DNA of 64,000 nt from Glaucostegus cemiculus. Taxonomy: Eukaryota. Both the position numbers and the translations under genes were made by a program. The DNA is taken from NCBI GenBank assembly GCA_976551045.1, contig CDPCPM010000744.1, positions 12,338,001 through 12,402,000 of the forward strand, written 5' to 3'. Position 1 is the stretch's first letter, and every line of letters begins with the position of its first letter. Positions 1 to 13,392 of this stretch are shown in pieces. Under the pieces are notes generated by a model. It did no database searches, was not told where the DNA came from, and was given only the letters and a program-made list of their open reading frames with translations.

Positions 1-290
1 GAGGTGGTCCATAGCATTACATTAATGAGCTAGGGTTAGGGTTGTTCAGATCGGTTCAAGAACCGAATGGTTGCAGGAAAGTAGCTGTTCCTTAACCTGG
101 TGGTGCGGCACTAACCGCTGGTAGCAGCGAGAAGAGCGCATGACCGAATGGTGGGGATCCCTGATGATGGATGCTGCCTTCTTGAGGCAGCGCCTCCTGT
201 AGATGCTGTCAACGGTGGGGATTTCAGTGATGGACCAGGCTGTGTCCATTACCCTCTGCGGCCTCTTGCAGTCCTATACCTTGGAATTAC
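1..290 (-). mobile_element. Rex1/Babar-type LINE, 3' fragment
   Basis: ORF 46..249 (-) reads DSIYRRRCLKKAASIIRDPHH, typical of the Rex1/Babar ORF C-terminus; a similar segment occurs at 44508-44696. Confidence 0.7.
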
Positions 291-439
291 ATTACCAAGC
301 CATGATGCAACGAAATTCTATAAGCAGATTTGAAGCAACTGTGTATCAAGGGAAAGAATCGGTCCCCTTAAAGATAAATGTGGCCGTCTATGTGTGGAGC
401 CACAGGAGATTGGCGAAATATGATATGAATATATATCCT

Positions 440-690
440 GTTTATATTTACTGCAGGGAAGGTAATGGAGCTGGGGGATTCAGGGAAGAGAACAGCGATG
501 TCCTGAAACATCTCGATATTGCAAAGCAGGAAGTGTGGGTGGTCCTAAGGTGTATAAAGGAAGATGAATCGCAAGGTCATGACCAACTGTAGCCTGGGAT
601 GTTGTTGGCAGCAAGGGAAGAAATTTCTGGGGCCCTGGCAGAGACTTTGTTTCCACTTTAATCATTGGTGAGGTACCAGAAGTGTCTGAG
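440..690 (+). mobile_element. CR1 LINE fragment (start of RT region), degenerate
   Basis: Translation ...LKHLDIAKQEV..LRCIKEDESQGHDQL resembles CR1 'L..IKVDKSPGPD', followed by a 'tggtgaggtaccagaag' GEVPE motif. Confidence 0.6.
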
Positions 691-719
691 GAGGGGGAGG
701 GAGGGGTGGGGATGGAATC

Positions 720-1515
720 TGCCTTCATATATGACCTCGCAAAATGAACCACTTCACACTTATCTGGGCTGAACTACATCTGCCACTTCTCAGCCCAGTT
801 TTGCATCCTACCTATGTCCTGCTGTAACCTCTGACAGCCCTCCATACAATCCAGAACACCTGCAACCTTTGTGTCATCCGTAAATTTACCATACCATCCC
901 TCCACTTCCTCATCCATGTCGTTCATAAAAATCAATATAAGAAAGGTTCCCGGAACAGATCCCTGAGTTACACCACTTGTCACCTACTTCCATGCAGATT
1001 ATTATCCTTCAGCAACCACTATTTGACTTCTGTGGGCCAGCCACTGCTGAATCCACAAGCAATGTCCGCTTGGATCCCATGCATCCTTACTTTCTCAATA
1101 AGCCTTGCATGGGCTACCTTATCAAATGCCTTGCTGAAATCCATATACACTGCATCTACTGCTCTCCTTTCATCAATGTGTTTAGTCACATCCTCAAAAG
1201 AGTCAATGAGGCTCGTAAGGCAGGACCTGCCTTTGACAAAGCCATGCTGACTATTCCTAATCAGATTATACCTCTCTAGGTGTTCATAAATCCTGCCTCT
1301 CAGGATCTTCTCCATCAGCTGACCAACCACTGAAGTAAGACCCACTGGGCTATAATTTCCTGGGCTATCTCTACTCCCTTTCTTGAATAAAGGAACAACA
1401 TCCGGAAACCTCCAGCCCTCTGGAACCTCTCCCGTCTGCAATGATGATGCAAAGATCATTGTCAGAGACTCCGCAATCTCCTTCCTCGCGTCCCACAGCA
1501 GCCCGGGGTACATCT
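720..1515 (-). mobile_element. CR1 LINE RT fragment
   Basis: ORFs 1019..1513 and 774..983 give GEVPEGW, NYSPVGLTSVVG, QHGFVKGRSCLT, YMDFSKAFDKV, TQGSV, KFTDDTK, with frameshifts. Confidence 0.9.
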
Positions 1516-1519
1516 GATC

Positions 1520-2300
1520 TGGTTATGATGAGATGTTCAGTAGGGCAGATACAGTGTGTCTAACAGGACAGTCGGATTTGTGGATTTTGGCGAGCAGATT
1601 GAAGAAGGCAGTACCAGGAAAGAGCACTATCAAGTTGGAGCATGTAGAGGGGAGATTTCCTAATGTGAAGAGATCTGTAATGTCATGAGCCACAGTGGCC
1701 TAGTGTTCCTTGGTGTGGGCAGGTTATGAGGATGTGTCCAAAACCTGTCATCTAGTCTCTGCAAGGTAGAGGTCAGTCCGCTAGACCAGAACAGCAGGAC
1801 CCTTATCTGTGGGATTAATGACGAGGTTGTGATTGCAACGGAGTGAGAGGAGAGCTGCTCGTTCAAATCGGGTAAAGCCTGGAAGGTGTGGAGAAGTCAT
1901 GGTGGTTAATGTTGCAACAGCACTTAGAAAGGAAAAGGTTAATGGAGGGTGAAAGACCAGAACGGGTGTCCAGGAGGAAGAGGAGTGTTGAAGACAGGAG
2001 AAAGGGTCATCAGTGGCGGTAAAGAATCCCTGCCAAAGAAGAAGGAACAGAGGCAGAGGCAAAGGACAAAGAGGTCAACATCATGATGGTCTTGGAACCA
2101 ACTAAGGTGTTAGTTTGGAGCTACAAAGGTGAGGCTTCTGCCATGCACAGACTGCTCAGCATCAGAGAGGGGAAGGTCAGAGGGAATGGTGAAGACATGG
2201 TTGCATCTTGGGCAAGATGTGGGGTCAGAAGAGGGTAAGGGGAGGGAGGAATCAAGTGGTTGCGAAGGGTTGAGAGTGATGTTCGTGCTCGTGGTGGACC
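1520..2300 (-). mobile_element. Penelope-like element RT remnant
   Basis: ORF 1781..2062 ends in LLSLRCNHNLVINPTDKGPAVLV, matching the Penelope RT 'IKPADKG..VV' motif; flanking frames are broken. Confidence 0.7.
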
Positions 2301-2799
2301 TTATCTTATCTTAATTCTTTCACCCATATGCTTTCCTCTCCTTCTCTCTCTCTCCCTCCCTCTCCTTAACCTTTCCTGCACCATGGCTATCTCCCACACA
2401 TTCCACAGCTCTTCTCCCTCACCACCGTTTTCAGTCAGTTGACAAGCAGTTTGAGTCCCTCCACAGTCAACAGCAGCAACGTCTTCTGACTTGCTCAAAG
2501 CCAGAGTTTTAGGAAGTCCCAGAGTTTTAAGAAGAGAGCAGCGACAGACATGCAGGAAGGAATTGGCGTTTTGATTTATGGTCATTTTTATATCTTTCTG
2601 TCTTGAACTGTGCTGCTGCCTCAAAACAACAAATGTCACAACGTATGTCAGTGACAATAAATCTGATTCTGACTCTGACCTGCCAACACTGGGGTGATAG
2701 GATGGAGGACTGCATTAAAGGGCATTCATGGGTGCAAAATGCAATAAAAAGCAGGTACTCACTGGGCCATTACTACCCTGTGAAAAGCCCGACGAAGGA

Positions 2800-3100
2800 T
2801 GGTTAGGGGACTCAAGAACTCGAGGGCACATATTTGCAAGAAGGGAGAAATTTGACAGGAACCTGAGGGACAACTTTTTTCACCCAGAGGCTGGTCAGTA
2901 TATGGAATGAATTGCCAGAGGAACTGGTTGAGGCAGGAATATTAACAAAATTGAAAAGGTACTTGAACGGGTACATTGATAGGGAAGGTTCAGAGGGATA
3001 TGGGCAAAATGTGGGCAAATGGGACCAGCTTAGATGGAATCTTGGTCGGCATGAACCAGTTGAGCTGAAGGGCCCTTTTTCGTGCAGTATGACTCTGACC
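2800..3100 (+). mobile_element. CR1 LINE 3' end
   Basis: Encodes RTRGH..FDRNLRDNFF, WNELPEELVEAG, GYG, then the CR1 3' UTR 'gggaccagcttagatgg...gagctgaagggcc'. Confidence 0.85.
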
Positions 3101-3587
3101 GCAGTTGTCTTCTGAACCCCTGAACTATGGTCCTAACCACAAAGCCTGTTCAGTGACCCCTGCTGGGGATAAGGTGTGGCAGTGCCAGTTACTGGGACTG
3201 AATGATCCCACTCTCATTGTCAGTCCTGGCACTTGGGCTGGGGAGGTGCGGGCTGCAGAGTGCAAACACCAGCAACCACCGGGACGAGCATGCAAAAGAT
3301 ATGAACTTTTCCCATTGCTCCACATCTTGAATACAATATCTTGTGCAATAGCCAAGGGCTGGTCCTGGACACATAACAGGCAATCCCACAAATTGGTGTA
3401 ACTGGCGGATAAATAAGTCCATTTGTCAATCAGTAAGTCACCATGGAAAAAGGTCAGGAATTCAACCATGAACACTTCCATGAACTCTTTAGCATTATTT
3501 ATTTCGTTTTGTAACTTATACTAATTTTTATGTCTTTATGTCTTGCACTGTACTACTGCTGCAAAACAACAAACTTCACAACACATA

Positions 3588-3900
3588 GCACGGTAACATA
3601 GTGGTAACCGCAACGCTATTACTGCGCCAGTGACCCAGGTTCAAGTCAGGCCGCTGTCTGTGATGAGTTTGTACGTTCGTCCCGTGTCTGCGTGGGTTTT
3701 CTCCAGTGCTCTGGTTTCCCCCCACATTCTAAAGGCGTATGGGTTAGGAAGTTGCGGGCGTGCTCTGTTGGCACCGGAAGCGTGGCGACACTTGCGGGCT
3801 GCATCCCCCAGCCCCCAGAGCACTCTGCGCAAAAGAATGCTGTGTGTTTCGATGTACATGTGATGAATGAATTAAACAGATATAAATCTGATTCTGATTC
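3588..3900 (+). mobile_element. tRNA-derived V-SINE, following a Rex1-type LINE tail
   Basis: A-box-like tagtggtaa, B-box-like ggttcaagtc, V-domain core gtgtctgcgtgggttttctccagtgctctggtttcc, tail ending in (tctgat)n. Confidence 0.8.
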
Positions 3901-4599
3901 AAGTGCTTGTGTCCTTCAGGGTAAGGAAACCTTCCAGCCCTTGTTGGTTTGTCCTATAAAGGACCAGTGCCACACTGCCCAACACAACATCAACGCCACT
4001 GGAAGTTGAGGTAAAATCAACTGGGTTCCTACTTGCAACCGAACTGGCCCACGGAGGTGGGCATCAAATGTGGCTCTGGCAACACACTGAGAACATATCG
4101 AATACGTTCCCTGTTGTCTCATCCTGCAGATACCCATGCTTTCATTGTCTCCTTCGCCCTAAGCACATTCATGCAACATGATCAACGAGCCTCTGCTTCA
4201 CGCAGTAAGTTCCTTGAGTTCTACCAGTGACAACGAAACGTCCCCAGACTCCCATCAAATGCGGACTCAACCATTGGTGGGAGCCATGAAATACTGGTCC
4301 AAGCACATCTGTTCCTGACCCGCGTGATCGCTGCCTTCTTGCACTCTTAGCAGTCTCTGCGTGTCACGTTGAAACCTCGAGCTTGAAAAATCAGGGAACT
4401 ATAAAGGAACTGGCTGAACAATGTGGTACGTTATGTTTTATTTCTATCGGAGAAATGATCAAAGAACAGGCTGCACTTTTGTTTGATGTTTGCCAATTTC
4501 AAGTGTTCCAACAGGATTCATGAACTTCTGATGGGGCGATTTGGTGCAGGAATTCCGTGTCGTGATGGGATTATTTGAACGAAAGTAAACAGGGAGAAT

Positions 4600-5800
4600 G
4601 GAGGTTCTTGAACGCCCCTATCGTATTTGCCTCCACCACCATCCCAGGTACCGCATTGCAGGCACCCACCACCCTATGAATAAAAATTTGCCCTGCTCAT
4701 CTCCTTTAAAATCTCCCACTCACCTTAAATGCATGTCCTCCAGAATTAGACATTTCAAACGTGGGGAAAAGATAATGGCTGTGTATTCGTTTCTATGCCT
4801 CTCATAATCTCTATCATATCTCCCCTCAGCCTCCACTGCTCCGGACAACGCAACCCAAGTTTGTCCAACCTCTCCTCATAACATACGCCCTCTAATCCGG
4901 CACTCTGCACCCTCTTCAAATCTTCGACATCCTTCCTATCATGAGGCGACCAGAACTGAATGCAATACTCCAGATGCAGCCTTACTAAAGTTTTATAGAC
5001 CTGCCACAGAACTTACTGACTCTTGAGCTCAGTGCCTCAACTAATGAAGGCAAGCATGCCATACGCCTTCTTTACCAGCCTGTCAGCCTCTGCAGCCACT
5101 TTATGGGAGCTATGAACTCATATGAACCCAAAACAGCTGTTACCAATTACTTCTCCCTAGATCCTGACTAATGCACCCTTAATTTGCCTGCTCAATTTAA
5201 TACTCTCCTGCAAGGTTCATACTTATCCTTATCTATAGCTATCTTAAAACTAAAGAAATTGTGGTCACTGTTCCTTAACTGTTCTCCCTCCAAAAGGTCG
5301 GTCACAGGGCCAGGCTCATTACCCAACAGCAGGTCCAGTACAGCCCCTCCTCTCGTTGGACGATCGACACATTGATTTAAGCAACCCTCCTGAATGTATC
5401 TAACAATTTCTGCGCTGTCTAAACCTCTTACACATTGGGACAGTGGACACAGTTGTAAACTGTTCTCCGTTTGCCCAGCGTTGATCAGTGGGACTTGAAG
5501 AGATGCCATCATTGTTCATCCTATTTTTATCCTTTTTTATCCTCCCTGGGAAGCTTGCAGAGGGCAGGAAATAGAGTCAGACAGACATACAGCAGGGAAA
5601 CAGGCCGTTCGGCCCACCGTTCATGCCGACAAACATGCCCATCTCCGTCAATCCCATTTCCATGCATTTGGCCCACGTCCCTCTATTCCGTTCCTATCCA
5701 TGTAGCTTTCCAAACGTTTTTCACCTGCTGTGATTGTACCTGCTTCATCCACTTCTTCGGACACCTTGTTCTACACACGCACCACCCTCTGGCTGAAACA
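4600..5800 (-). mobile_element. Cluster of CR1 fragments (3' ORF2 4600-5120, endonuclease 5130-5430, 3' tail 5570-5800)
   Basis: ORF 5192..5512 gives QCVDRPTRGGAVLDLLLGNEPG..SDHN (AP endonuclease C-terminus); 'gaccagaactgaatgcaatactccagatg' is the reverse of LEYCIQFW. Confidence 0.8.
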
Positions 5801-5879
5801 CTTGGGAAATCTAAAAGATGAGGAATGGGAGAGAGAACCTCAGTGGGACTGCAGGAGTGGGAAAGTAACCTTCTCACCC

Positions 5880-6340
5880 ACCTCCACACACTGCCACTTC
5901 CCCCATTACCCAGATTCATGATCATTCCCACCCGGTTCCACTTGTCCATTACCCATACACTCATCCAACTGAGTTTCTTCGCCCTTGGCTGACCATTCAT
6001 TTAGCTTTCCCCATTTGCCCAACATTCCTCCCTTATCTGATTTCACTTATCACCTTCCATCCCCTGACTCTCCCGACCACTGCCCTTCTCTGGCTCCGTC
6101 TACCCAACATCCCCCACCTCACCTGGTTCCATCTCTCCCCTACCAACCCCGAGCTCACCACTCCCTATCGCCTCTCTGTGACAGCTTTCCTCCCCCGACA
6201 CTCTCAGTCCCGATGCAGGTCCCGACCAGAAACATCGACTATCTCTTTGCCTCCACAGCTGCTGTTCGACCCGTTGAATTCCTCCAGCAATTTGCATTTT
6301 TGGCACCAGATTCCAGCATTTGCAGTCTCTTGTGCCTCTG
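5880..6340 (+). mobile_element. Penelope-like element 3' terminal region with a degenerate hammerhead-like core
   Basis: Pyrimidine-rich tract, then ccgatgcaggtcccgaccagaaac and the terminal 'ccagattccagcatttgcagtctcttgtg' shared with other copies in the window. Confidence 0.6.
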
Positions 6341-8164
6341 TGGTACTGATGACCAGTGCCGGCCCGTGTTGTACAGATAAAACGCTGGCTTTTATCCGGA
6401 AGCGTGGAAGGTTGCCTGACATACCCTGTTCACAAAATGCAGGACGAATCCCAGCTGGTTAATTACCAGCAAATCAGTCTCTCAGTCATCCCCAACGTGA
6501 TGGAAGGTGTCACCAACAATGCCGTCAACTACCACTTACAACAACCAGCTCAGCTAGAAAGGAAGAATTGAAGAAAATTTTAATGATTAAAGCAGATTCA
6601 AGGGTGGGGTTGATGGTTTGGAGGGTTTAAGGACTGATGGGTCAGACATGGTCACTGGGGAGGTCAATGGTTCCCTGTTTTGTTGAGCATTATTGGCTCG
6701 ACCAGTTCAATGGGCGAGGATTAATGGTCCAATCGTTAAAGAGAGAGAGAAAGAGGCCGAAGCAGGTTCAGCAGGTGGGTCTCAATGCTTCAGATAGCTT
6801 CAACAGGCGTGGGCGAAGGGTTCAGAGGGCCAAAGACTGGGGTTTGTAGCACAGATAACATCACAAGTACGGCCATTGCGTGACAAGGTCAACACACATC
6901 AGTTAATGTTCCATACACATTGAACTGGCAGGAGTTCATGGTTCCACCAAGCTCAACATCCCCATCCCACCACCATTATTGTCAAGCTAGGGCCAAATGC
7001 GGCTCAGTGCAGATGACGGAAGTGAGAGTGAGCAGCAGCACCAGATGTGACATAAGTGAGTCTCCAAGTGTCAGGACTGGGAAACGTGAGGGTGCATGTT
7101 CAACAGCTGCATCACTGTGCAACAGTGTGAGCCCCCAATGCGATGACATCGCTGCATATCTGCCACATGCAGCTGTGGGCATTAAACAGGGAGGAGGATC
7201 ATTCCCATTCTCAACAACGACAATCATTGACATTGAAACACCAGGACAACGAACATGTCTGTGTTTTGTCAGGGCCATGCAGCTTCTCAAGGATTTGTTC
7301 CTCACATGGACCCTGCAGGTGAAGTGATTTTCACTGCCTTTGTCAACTCAAACACCACTCAGGTGTTCAAAGCCAGTTCAGTGTCGATAATTTGATTGGC
7401 ATCTCCTCCATCAACCCAAGTGTCCATTTCCTACACCATTGATCTCTACTATCTACACACTGTTCTGCAATGCCAAGACTACTCCAACATCCCTTCTCAG
7501 CTTTGCCTCCTCGACCTCTTCCCCTGAGAAAGACAAGAGGAACAATACATTGGAATAGCACCAGATGCAAGTTCTCTTCCATGGTCCCATCCTACTTTGG
7601 AAACATACACACCACGACTAACATTACTTCACCACGACTAAAGCTGGAACTCTCTCCCTAACAGTATCTTCATTAGAAGGACGGGTTCACAAAGGGCACA
7701 CAACTATCTTTTCACCAGCAATTGAGAATGGGACTAAATTCTGGGTCTTTCGCAGTGCACACACCCCAAAACAATGTCAAGAACAGCTTGGGCTAACGGA
7801 TTTGGGAGGATTAAACAAGTAGGAGTTAGTGGTGGATTGATGTCCAACTGGCAGAAACAATAAGTTATGAATATCAGTTTGCCTCCGCCATCCAAGCATT
7901 GTCTGTTTTGAATCTCTTTGACAACCACGGCATGACATGTTTATTCATCCTTGTCCAAAGTGATTCCACTATTGATTCATTGCTTGGCAAAATGTCACAA
8001 GTTACAAACGGAGGCAACTCCTGGTCAGCAGGTACTGGGTGTTCACAGTGAATAAAAACGCTGGACCCATGGCATTCAGAGCCCGAGTTTCGCGGGTCAT
8101 CTATAGGATGTCAGACCAGCGTCTCTTCACCCTCGTGGCCCTGCTCGTAGCCACCATGGTCGTT

Positions 8165-8620
8165 AAGTCTTCTTCTTGGTGCTCCCTCAGCATCGAGGAT
8201 GACTTTCTTCCACTAAGATTTTGCTGGTGCTGAGGTTGCTAAAGAGATCAATGTAGAAACGGCAAACTCTGCACTGAGGTGGCAGGAGGTGCCTGGCAGG
8301 GCAGGTGGGGAGGTAGATCGTGAAGTTATCTCAACCTTCTACCATTTCCATGTTCTCTGTGCACTTCCAAAGCATGGCCGAGTTGGTCGTTGGATCTTTT
8401 CCTCTGCCCACCTGGTCATCTCTTCCTGTGGTCATCTCTTCCTGTGGCAGAACAGAGTATTCCTTTGGGAATGTGGTCTCAGAAATGGGAATGATGTCGC
8501 CAACCCACAAGAATTAACTGAGTGTAACTGGTGCTCCAGTACTGGGTATGGTGGCCTGGAAAGGGACTCGAACATTGGTTCACTGGTCCTTCCAGTGAAT
8601 TGGAAGGAGTTCCCTGTGGC
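8165..8620 (-). mobile_element. Probable RTE-class LINE 3' fragment
   Basis: Begins 'tcttcttcttgg..ccctcagcatcgaggatgactttcttccac', which I recognise as a reverse-oriented RTE 3' end; no intact ORF. Confidence 0.4.
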
Positions 8621-8624
8621 TTGA

Positions 8625-9630
8625 GATGCCCGTGTAGGTAGTCCAGGTCCTTGTCGTTTCTCGTTTCATCACATCCTTCCGATAGGGTAGTGATCAGAAC
8701 TGCGCACACTAATCCAAGTTGGTCTAACCAACGTTCTGTATAACTGTAGCATGAGCTAACAACTTCTGTACTCAGTACCATAGCTGATAAAAGCAAGCAT
8801 TCCACCCACATTCTCCACCACCCTATCTACCTGTGTTGCCACTTTCTGCAAACCATGCCCCTGTATCCTGAAGTCTCTGTTCTACAACACTACCCAGGGC
8901 CCTGTCGTTCACTGTGTTTGACCTGCCCTGGTTTAACTTCCGCAAATACATCACTTTGCACTTATCTGAGTTAAATTCCATCCGTATTTCCTCCACCCTC
9001 TTCTCAGTTGATCCAGATCCCGTTGTGACCTTAGACAACCTTCTTCACTGTCCACCACACCACCGATTTTGGTGTCATCTGCACACATGCTAATCACGCC
9101 GCCTCCATTCTGATCTAAGTCGTTAAAATAAATGACAAACAACAGTGGACCCACCACCGATCCCTGAGGCACACCACTAGACAGAGGCCTGCAATCTGAA
9201 AACCACCCTTCTACTACGACCCTCTGACTCCTACCACCAAAACTATTTTGTATCCAATTGGCTAACGTACCCTAGATTCCACGTGTTCTAACATAGCAGA
9301 CCCAACTACCACGTGGGGCAACGTGAAAAGCCATGCTAATATCCATGTAGATGGCGTATACCGCCCTGCCCTCGTCAATCCTCGTCATCACCTTTTCAGA
9401 AAACTGTCCAATTCATGAGACACGATTTCCCACACACAAAGCCCTGCAGACATCCCCTAATCAGTCTTTTCTTTCCAAATGCAGGTAGCTGTCTCTCAGA
9501 ATCATCACCAATTACATTCCCAGCACTGATGGAAGGTGCAGTGGCCTGTGGTTCCGTTGCTTTTCTCTTCTTAAATAAAGGCACAACATTGACCACTCCA
9601 AACTTCGGCTACCTCACTCATGGCACCTTC
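8625..9630 (-). mobile_element. CR1 LINE RT fragment; its 9105-9630 portion forms the first part of the tandem unit
   Basis: ORF 8951..9172 gives [30 protein letters not shown]; ORF 9396..9596 gives NVVPLFKK. Confidence 0.85.
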
Positions 9631-11219
9631 CACAGGATGCTAAACGGGAGACTTCTGTCTCTTTCTCCCCTGTAGGTCCTGTGCCCGGTTCACTTGATCA
9701 GAAAGTGCGGCAGGGTAGAGTGCTCCACATAATCCAAGATTTCCAAGATTCAGTCAGTGTCCGGTCCTGGATCCTGGATCCCAGAATTAAATCATTATGA
9801 ATTTCATATGAACTGGCGCTTGGTGCCGAGACACTGGCTTGGAAATTCGTAGAGATATGAAGTTTATTCCATTGGTAATTTTTATCCATTGCTCTAACTG
9901 TCTGCCTTCACTGCACCTTCTCTGTACCTGAACCGGTGACACTGCATTCTGCATTCTGTTCTTGCTTTCTCCTTGGTAACACATCGATGTCTTGTTTTGA
10001 AACTATCTGTATGGACATATGGACAGCAGGTAAGACAAATTTTTTCACCACCGTACATGTAACAATAATAAATCCAGTACCGATTATTTTTTTTCAAACG
10101 GGCAGTTCATAGTTAGTTTATAATTTAGTCAAGCCTATGCTGCTACGAATAATTACAATAATGCCAATGTAATTACTTCTGGTGCCGAATTATAATTTCA
10201 CATGAATTCCTTCAGCAACATGCAGCAGCCAATAACTTCTGTCCCCATCACTTGCCCCGTTTCAGAAACATGCTTCGAGTGCTTGCTGTTGCTGATCCGC
10301 ATTAATTGAAACCTGATGCCGCAAAATACAGAGAAATCCATCTTTGCTTGCACTTCAGTCGGTTGAATTGGCTCTCCAGGCAGATCACCTCTGGGTCACC
10401 TCCTCTGCCACTGCGGCTGCTCCAGAGCTTTTGAGGGACAGAGCTGTCACCCTGTGGATGGAGCTCTTGACTGCCTTGTTCAAATTCATTCAACGTTTAT
10501 TGATGTCTGCAAAAAGTCAACCACAGCCTTTGCTGTATATCGCTTATAGCCGCAGCATCTTGTGAACCCCCCCCCCGCACCCCTCAGATTCACCGCTCCT
10601 ATCCCGACTGGATGAACTGAACCCGTGCTAATGGAGTTCCCTCCTCATTCACAATGTCCCCAACCATTTGCAATTCTTCTCACCTTTCCCTGGTGAAAAC
10701 AATTCTCCAAGGGCAGCGCCATCTACAGCGGACTGCCGGAGGACACGATGACTTGTCTTTCTGAAAAGTCCTTTATCAGTAGCTATTCAGTGAACTTCTC
10801 ATTGCGGTCTTCATGGTAATTTTGAGGCGGGGTCCCCTTTCCTCACACGGCCCACCAGCAAATTCTGCCTCGCAGGTCATAATTGAATTTTCTTGTCAAC
10901 GACAGTTATTTCTATGGAGGCATAAGGGACGGCAGATGCTGGAATTTGGAGTGACTCTTTACATGATTTATTAAAGGCAATGGTAACACAATTCCGTTTA
11001 TTTCACAGCCTCTTCTCCAGCTGGATATGCAGGTAATGTTCTTCGTTCACTGTCCCTTTCACTTTCAGCAGAGCAGAATAATGGTATGCAGATATAGTTG
11101 TTTACCTTCAGCGTTCAGGATTGGAACTCCTCCTGAGTTTCGGGGATAACTTTTAACTCCCTGCATTAAGGATGGACAGTGCAGAAGGGAGACTACCCAA
11201 ATATCATTTTTACTCAATT

Positions 11220-11474
11220 ATTTTTTTTTTTAATTTTTATTTTATAGCGTGGTAACAGGCCCTTGCGGCCCATCGTGTCCACGCCGCCCATTTTAAACCC
11301 CCAAATTAACCTACCCGTACGTCTTTAGATTTTGGGAGGAAACCGGAGCACCCGGAGGAAACCCACGCAGACACGGGAGAACGTACAATCTCCTTACAGT
11401 CAGCGACGGGAATCGATCCCCGATCACTGGCGCTGTAACAGCGTCGCGCTAACCGCTACGCTATCGTGCCGCCC
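11220..11474 (-). mobile_element. HE1-like V-SINE, full length, present only in unit 1
   Basis: Minus strand reads gggcggcacgatagcgtagcggttagcgcgacg...gggatcgattcccg (A/B boxes), V core, CR1-like tail and poly(A). Flanked by caatt at 11215-11219 and 11474-11478. Confidence 0.9.
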
Positions 11475-13392
11475 AATTCAATTCAAATAAAAATCCAGCT
11501 CCCTCCATTATTAGTTATCAATTCAGGATGTTGGCAGATTGAAGGTCTGAGCTGCTCCATGCTGAGGATGAAACTGCTTTTGTGTGGGGTGAAGAGTGGT
11601 CGACAGTGAATTGATTCCCCCTTCCACACGCCAGAGCATCAGTTGTCTCTGAATGAAACAACCAGACCGGTGATGCCTACGGGAACGCCAGGTCCACTTG
11701 GCGTCACAGAGCTGTACAGCACAGAAACAGGCTCTTCGGCTGAACCGGTCCATGCCGACCACGTTGCCAACCTGAGCAAGTCTCATTTTCCTGCGTTTGG
11801 CTGATATCCCTCGAAATCTTCCTTATCCCAAAGAATTCCACAGATTCACTGCTCTCTGAGAAAAGTGTTCCGAGTGTTCCATTCTGATCCAAGTCATTAA
11901 TATATATGACAAACAACAGTGGACCCAGCACCAAACCCCGCGCCACACCACTAGTTACAGGCCTGCAATCTGAAAACCAATCCTCCACTACCACCCCATG
12001 ACTCCTACCAGGAAAACTATTTTGTATCCAATTGGTTAACTTACCCTGGTTTCCAGGTGTTCTACTGTAACAGACCAGACTACCACGTGGTCCATGTGAA
12101 AGGCCTTGCTAATATCTATGGAGATGGCGTCTTCCGCCCTGCCCTCGTCAATCCTCGCCATCACCTCTTCAAAAACCTCTGTCCAATTCATAAGACACGA
12201 TTTCCCAAAAGCAAATGCAGCTGACTGACCCAAATCAGTCTTTCCCTTTCCAAATACAAGTAGATCCATCCTCTCAGAATCCTCTCCAATAACATTCCCA
12301 GCAATGATGGAAGGTGCAGTGGCCTGTGGTTCCCTGAACTTCCTGTTCTTATATAAAGGTACAACATTCGTCACTCTCCAGTCTTCTGGTACCTCACCCA
12401 TGGCACCTTCCACGGGACCAGAACAAGAGACTTCTGGTCTCTGGCCCCACGCGCCACGCGTAGGTCCTGTGCCCGGTTCACTTGATCAGGAAGTGCGGCA
12501 GGGTTTAGTGCTATACATAATCCAAGATTTCCAAGATTCAGTCAGTGCTCCGCCCTGGATCCTGGATGGCATAACAAAATGATTGTGAATTCCAGATGAA
12601 CTGGCACTTGTTGCCAAGATACTGTCTTGGAATTTCGGAGAGACTCTGAAGTTTATGTCATTGGCAATTCTTGTTTATTGCTCTTATTGTCTGCCTGCAC
12701 TGTACCTTCTCTGTACCTGGACTTGTAACAGTGTATTCTGTATTCTGCATTCTGTCATTGCTTTTTCCTTTGTCACACCTCGATGTCCTGATTTGAAATG
12801 ATCTGTATGGACATATCGACAGCAGGTAAAACAAATATTTTCACCTCCGTATATGTGACAATAATAAATCCAGTACCGGTTATTTTTTTTCCAATTGGCA
12901 GTTCATATTTAAGATATAATTTAGTTCAGCTCGTGCAGCTACTAATAATAACAATAATGCCAATGTAATTACTTCTGGTGCTGAATTATAATTTCACATG
13001 AATTCCTTGAGCAACATGCAGCATCCAATAACTTCTGTCTTCCTTCACTTGTCCCCGTTTCCCAAATATGATTTGAGTGGCTGCCGCTGTTGATCCGCAT
13101 GAATTAAAACGTGATGGTTCAAACTGAAAAGAAATCCCTCTTGGCCAGCACTTTATTCGGTTGAATTGGCGCTCCGGGCAGATCAGCTCTGGGTCACATA
13201 CTCTGCCCTTAGGCTGTTCCAGAGCTGGTCAGGGACACAGATCTTACTCTGTGAATGGACCTCTGACTGCTTTGTTCAATTTCACTCAAAGTTTATGGAT
13301 CACTGCACAAAGTCACCCGCAGCCTGTGCTATACACCGCTTATAGCCGCAGCATTTTGTGAAGAGGCACCCGGCCTCCACCAACTTCAACAC

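Noticed and set aside
6920-7327. Overlapping 135-aa and 107-aa ORFs in unique sequence, one with a cadherin-like 'VENGNDPPP'
   Set aside because: No other cadherin motifs, no convincing exon boundaries, and non-ATG starts.
10990-11115. Plus-strand micro-exons in the tandem unit (ttcacAG..cagGTAATG..ttcAG..atgGTATGC)
   Set aside because: The implied introns of about 27-35 nt are too short for vertebrate splicing, and the first donor is not conserved in unit 2.
11400-11474. tRNA genes suggested by A/B boxes (also near 3590, 13393, 22570, 63535)
   Set aside because: Each is followed by a V-SINE core and a LINE-derived tail, so they are SINE heads.
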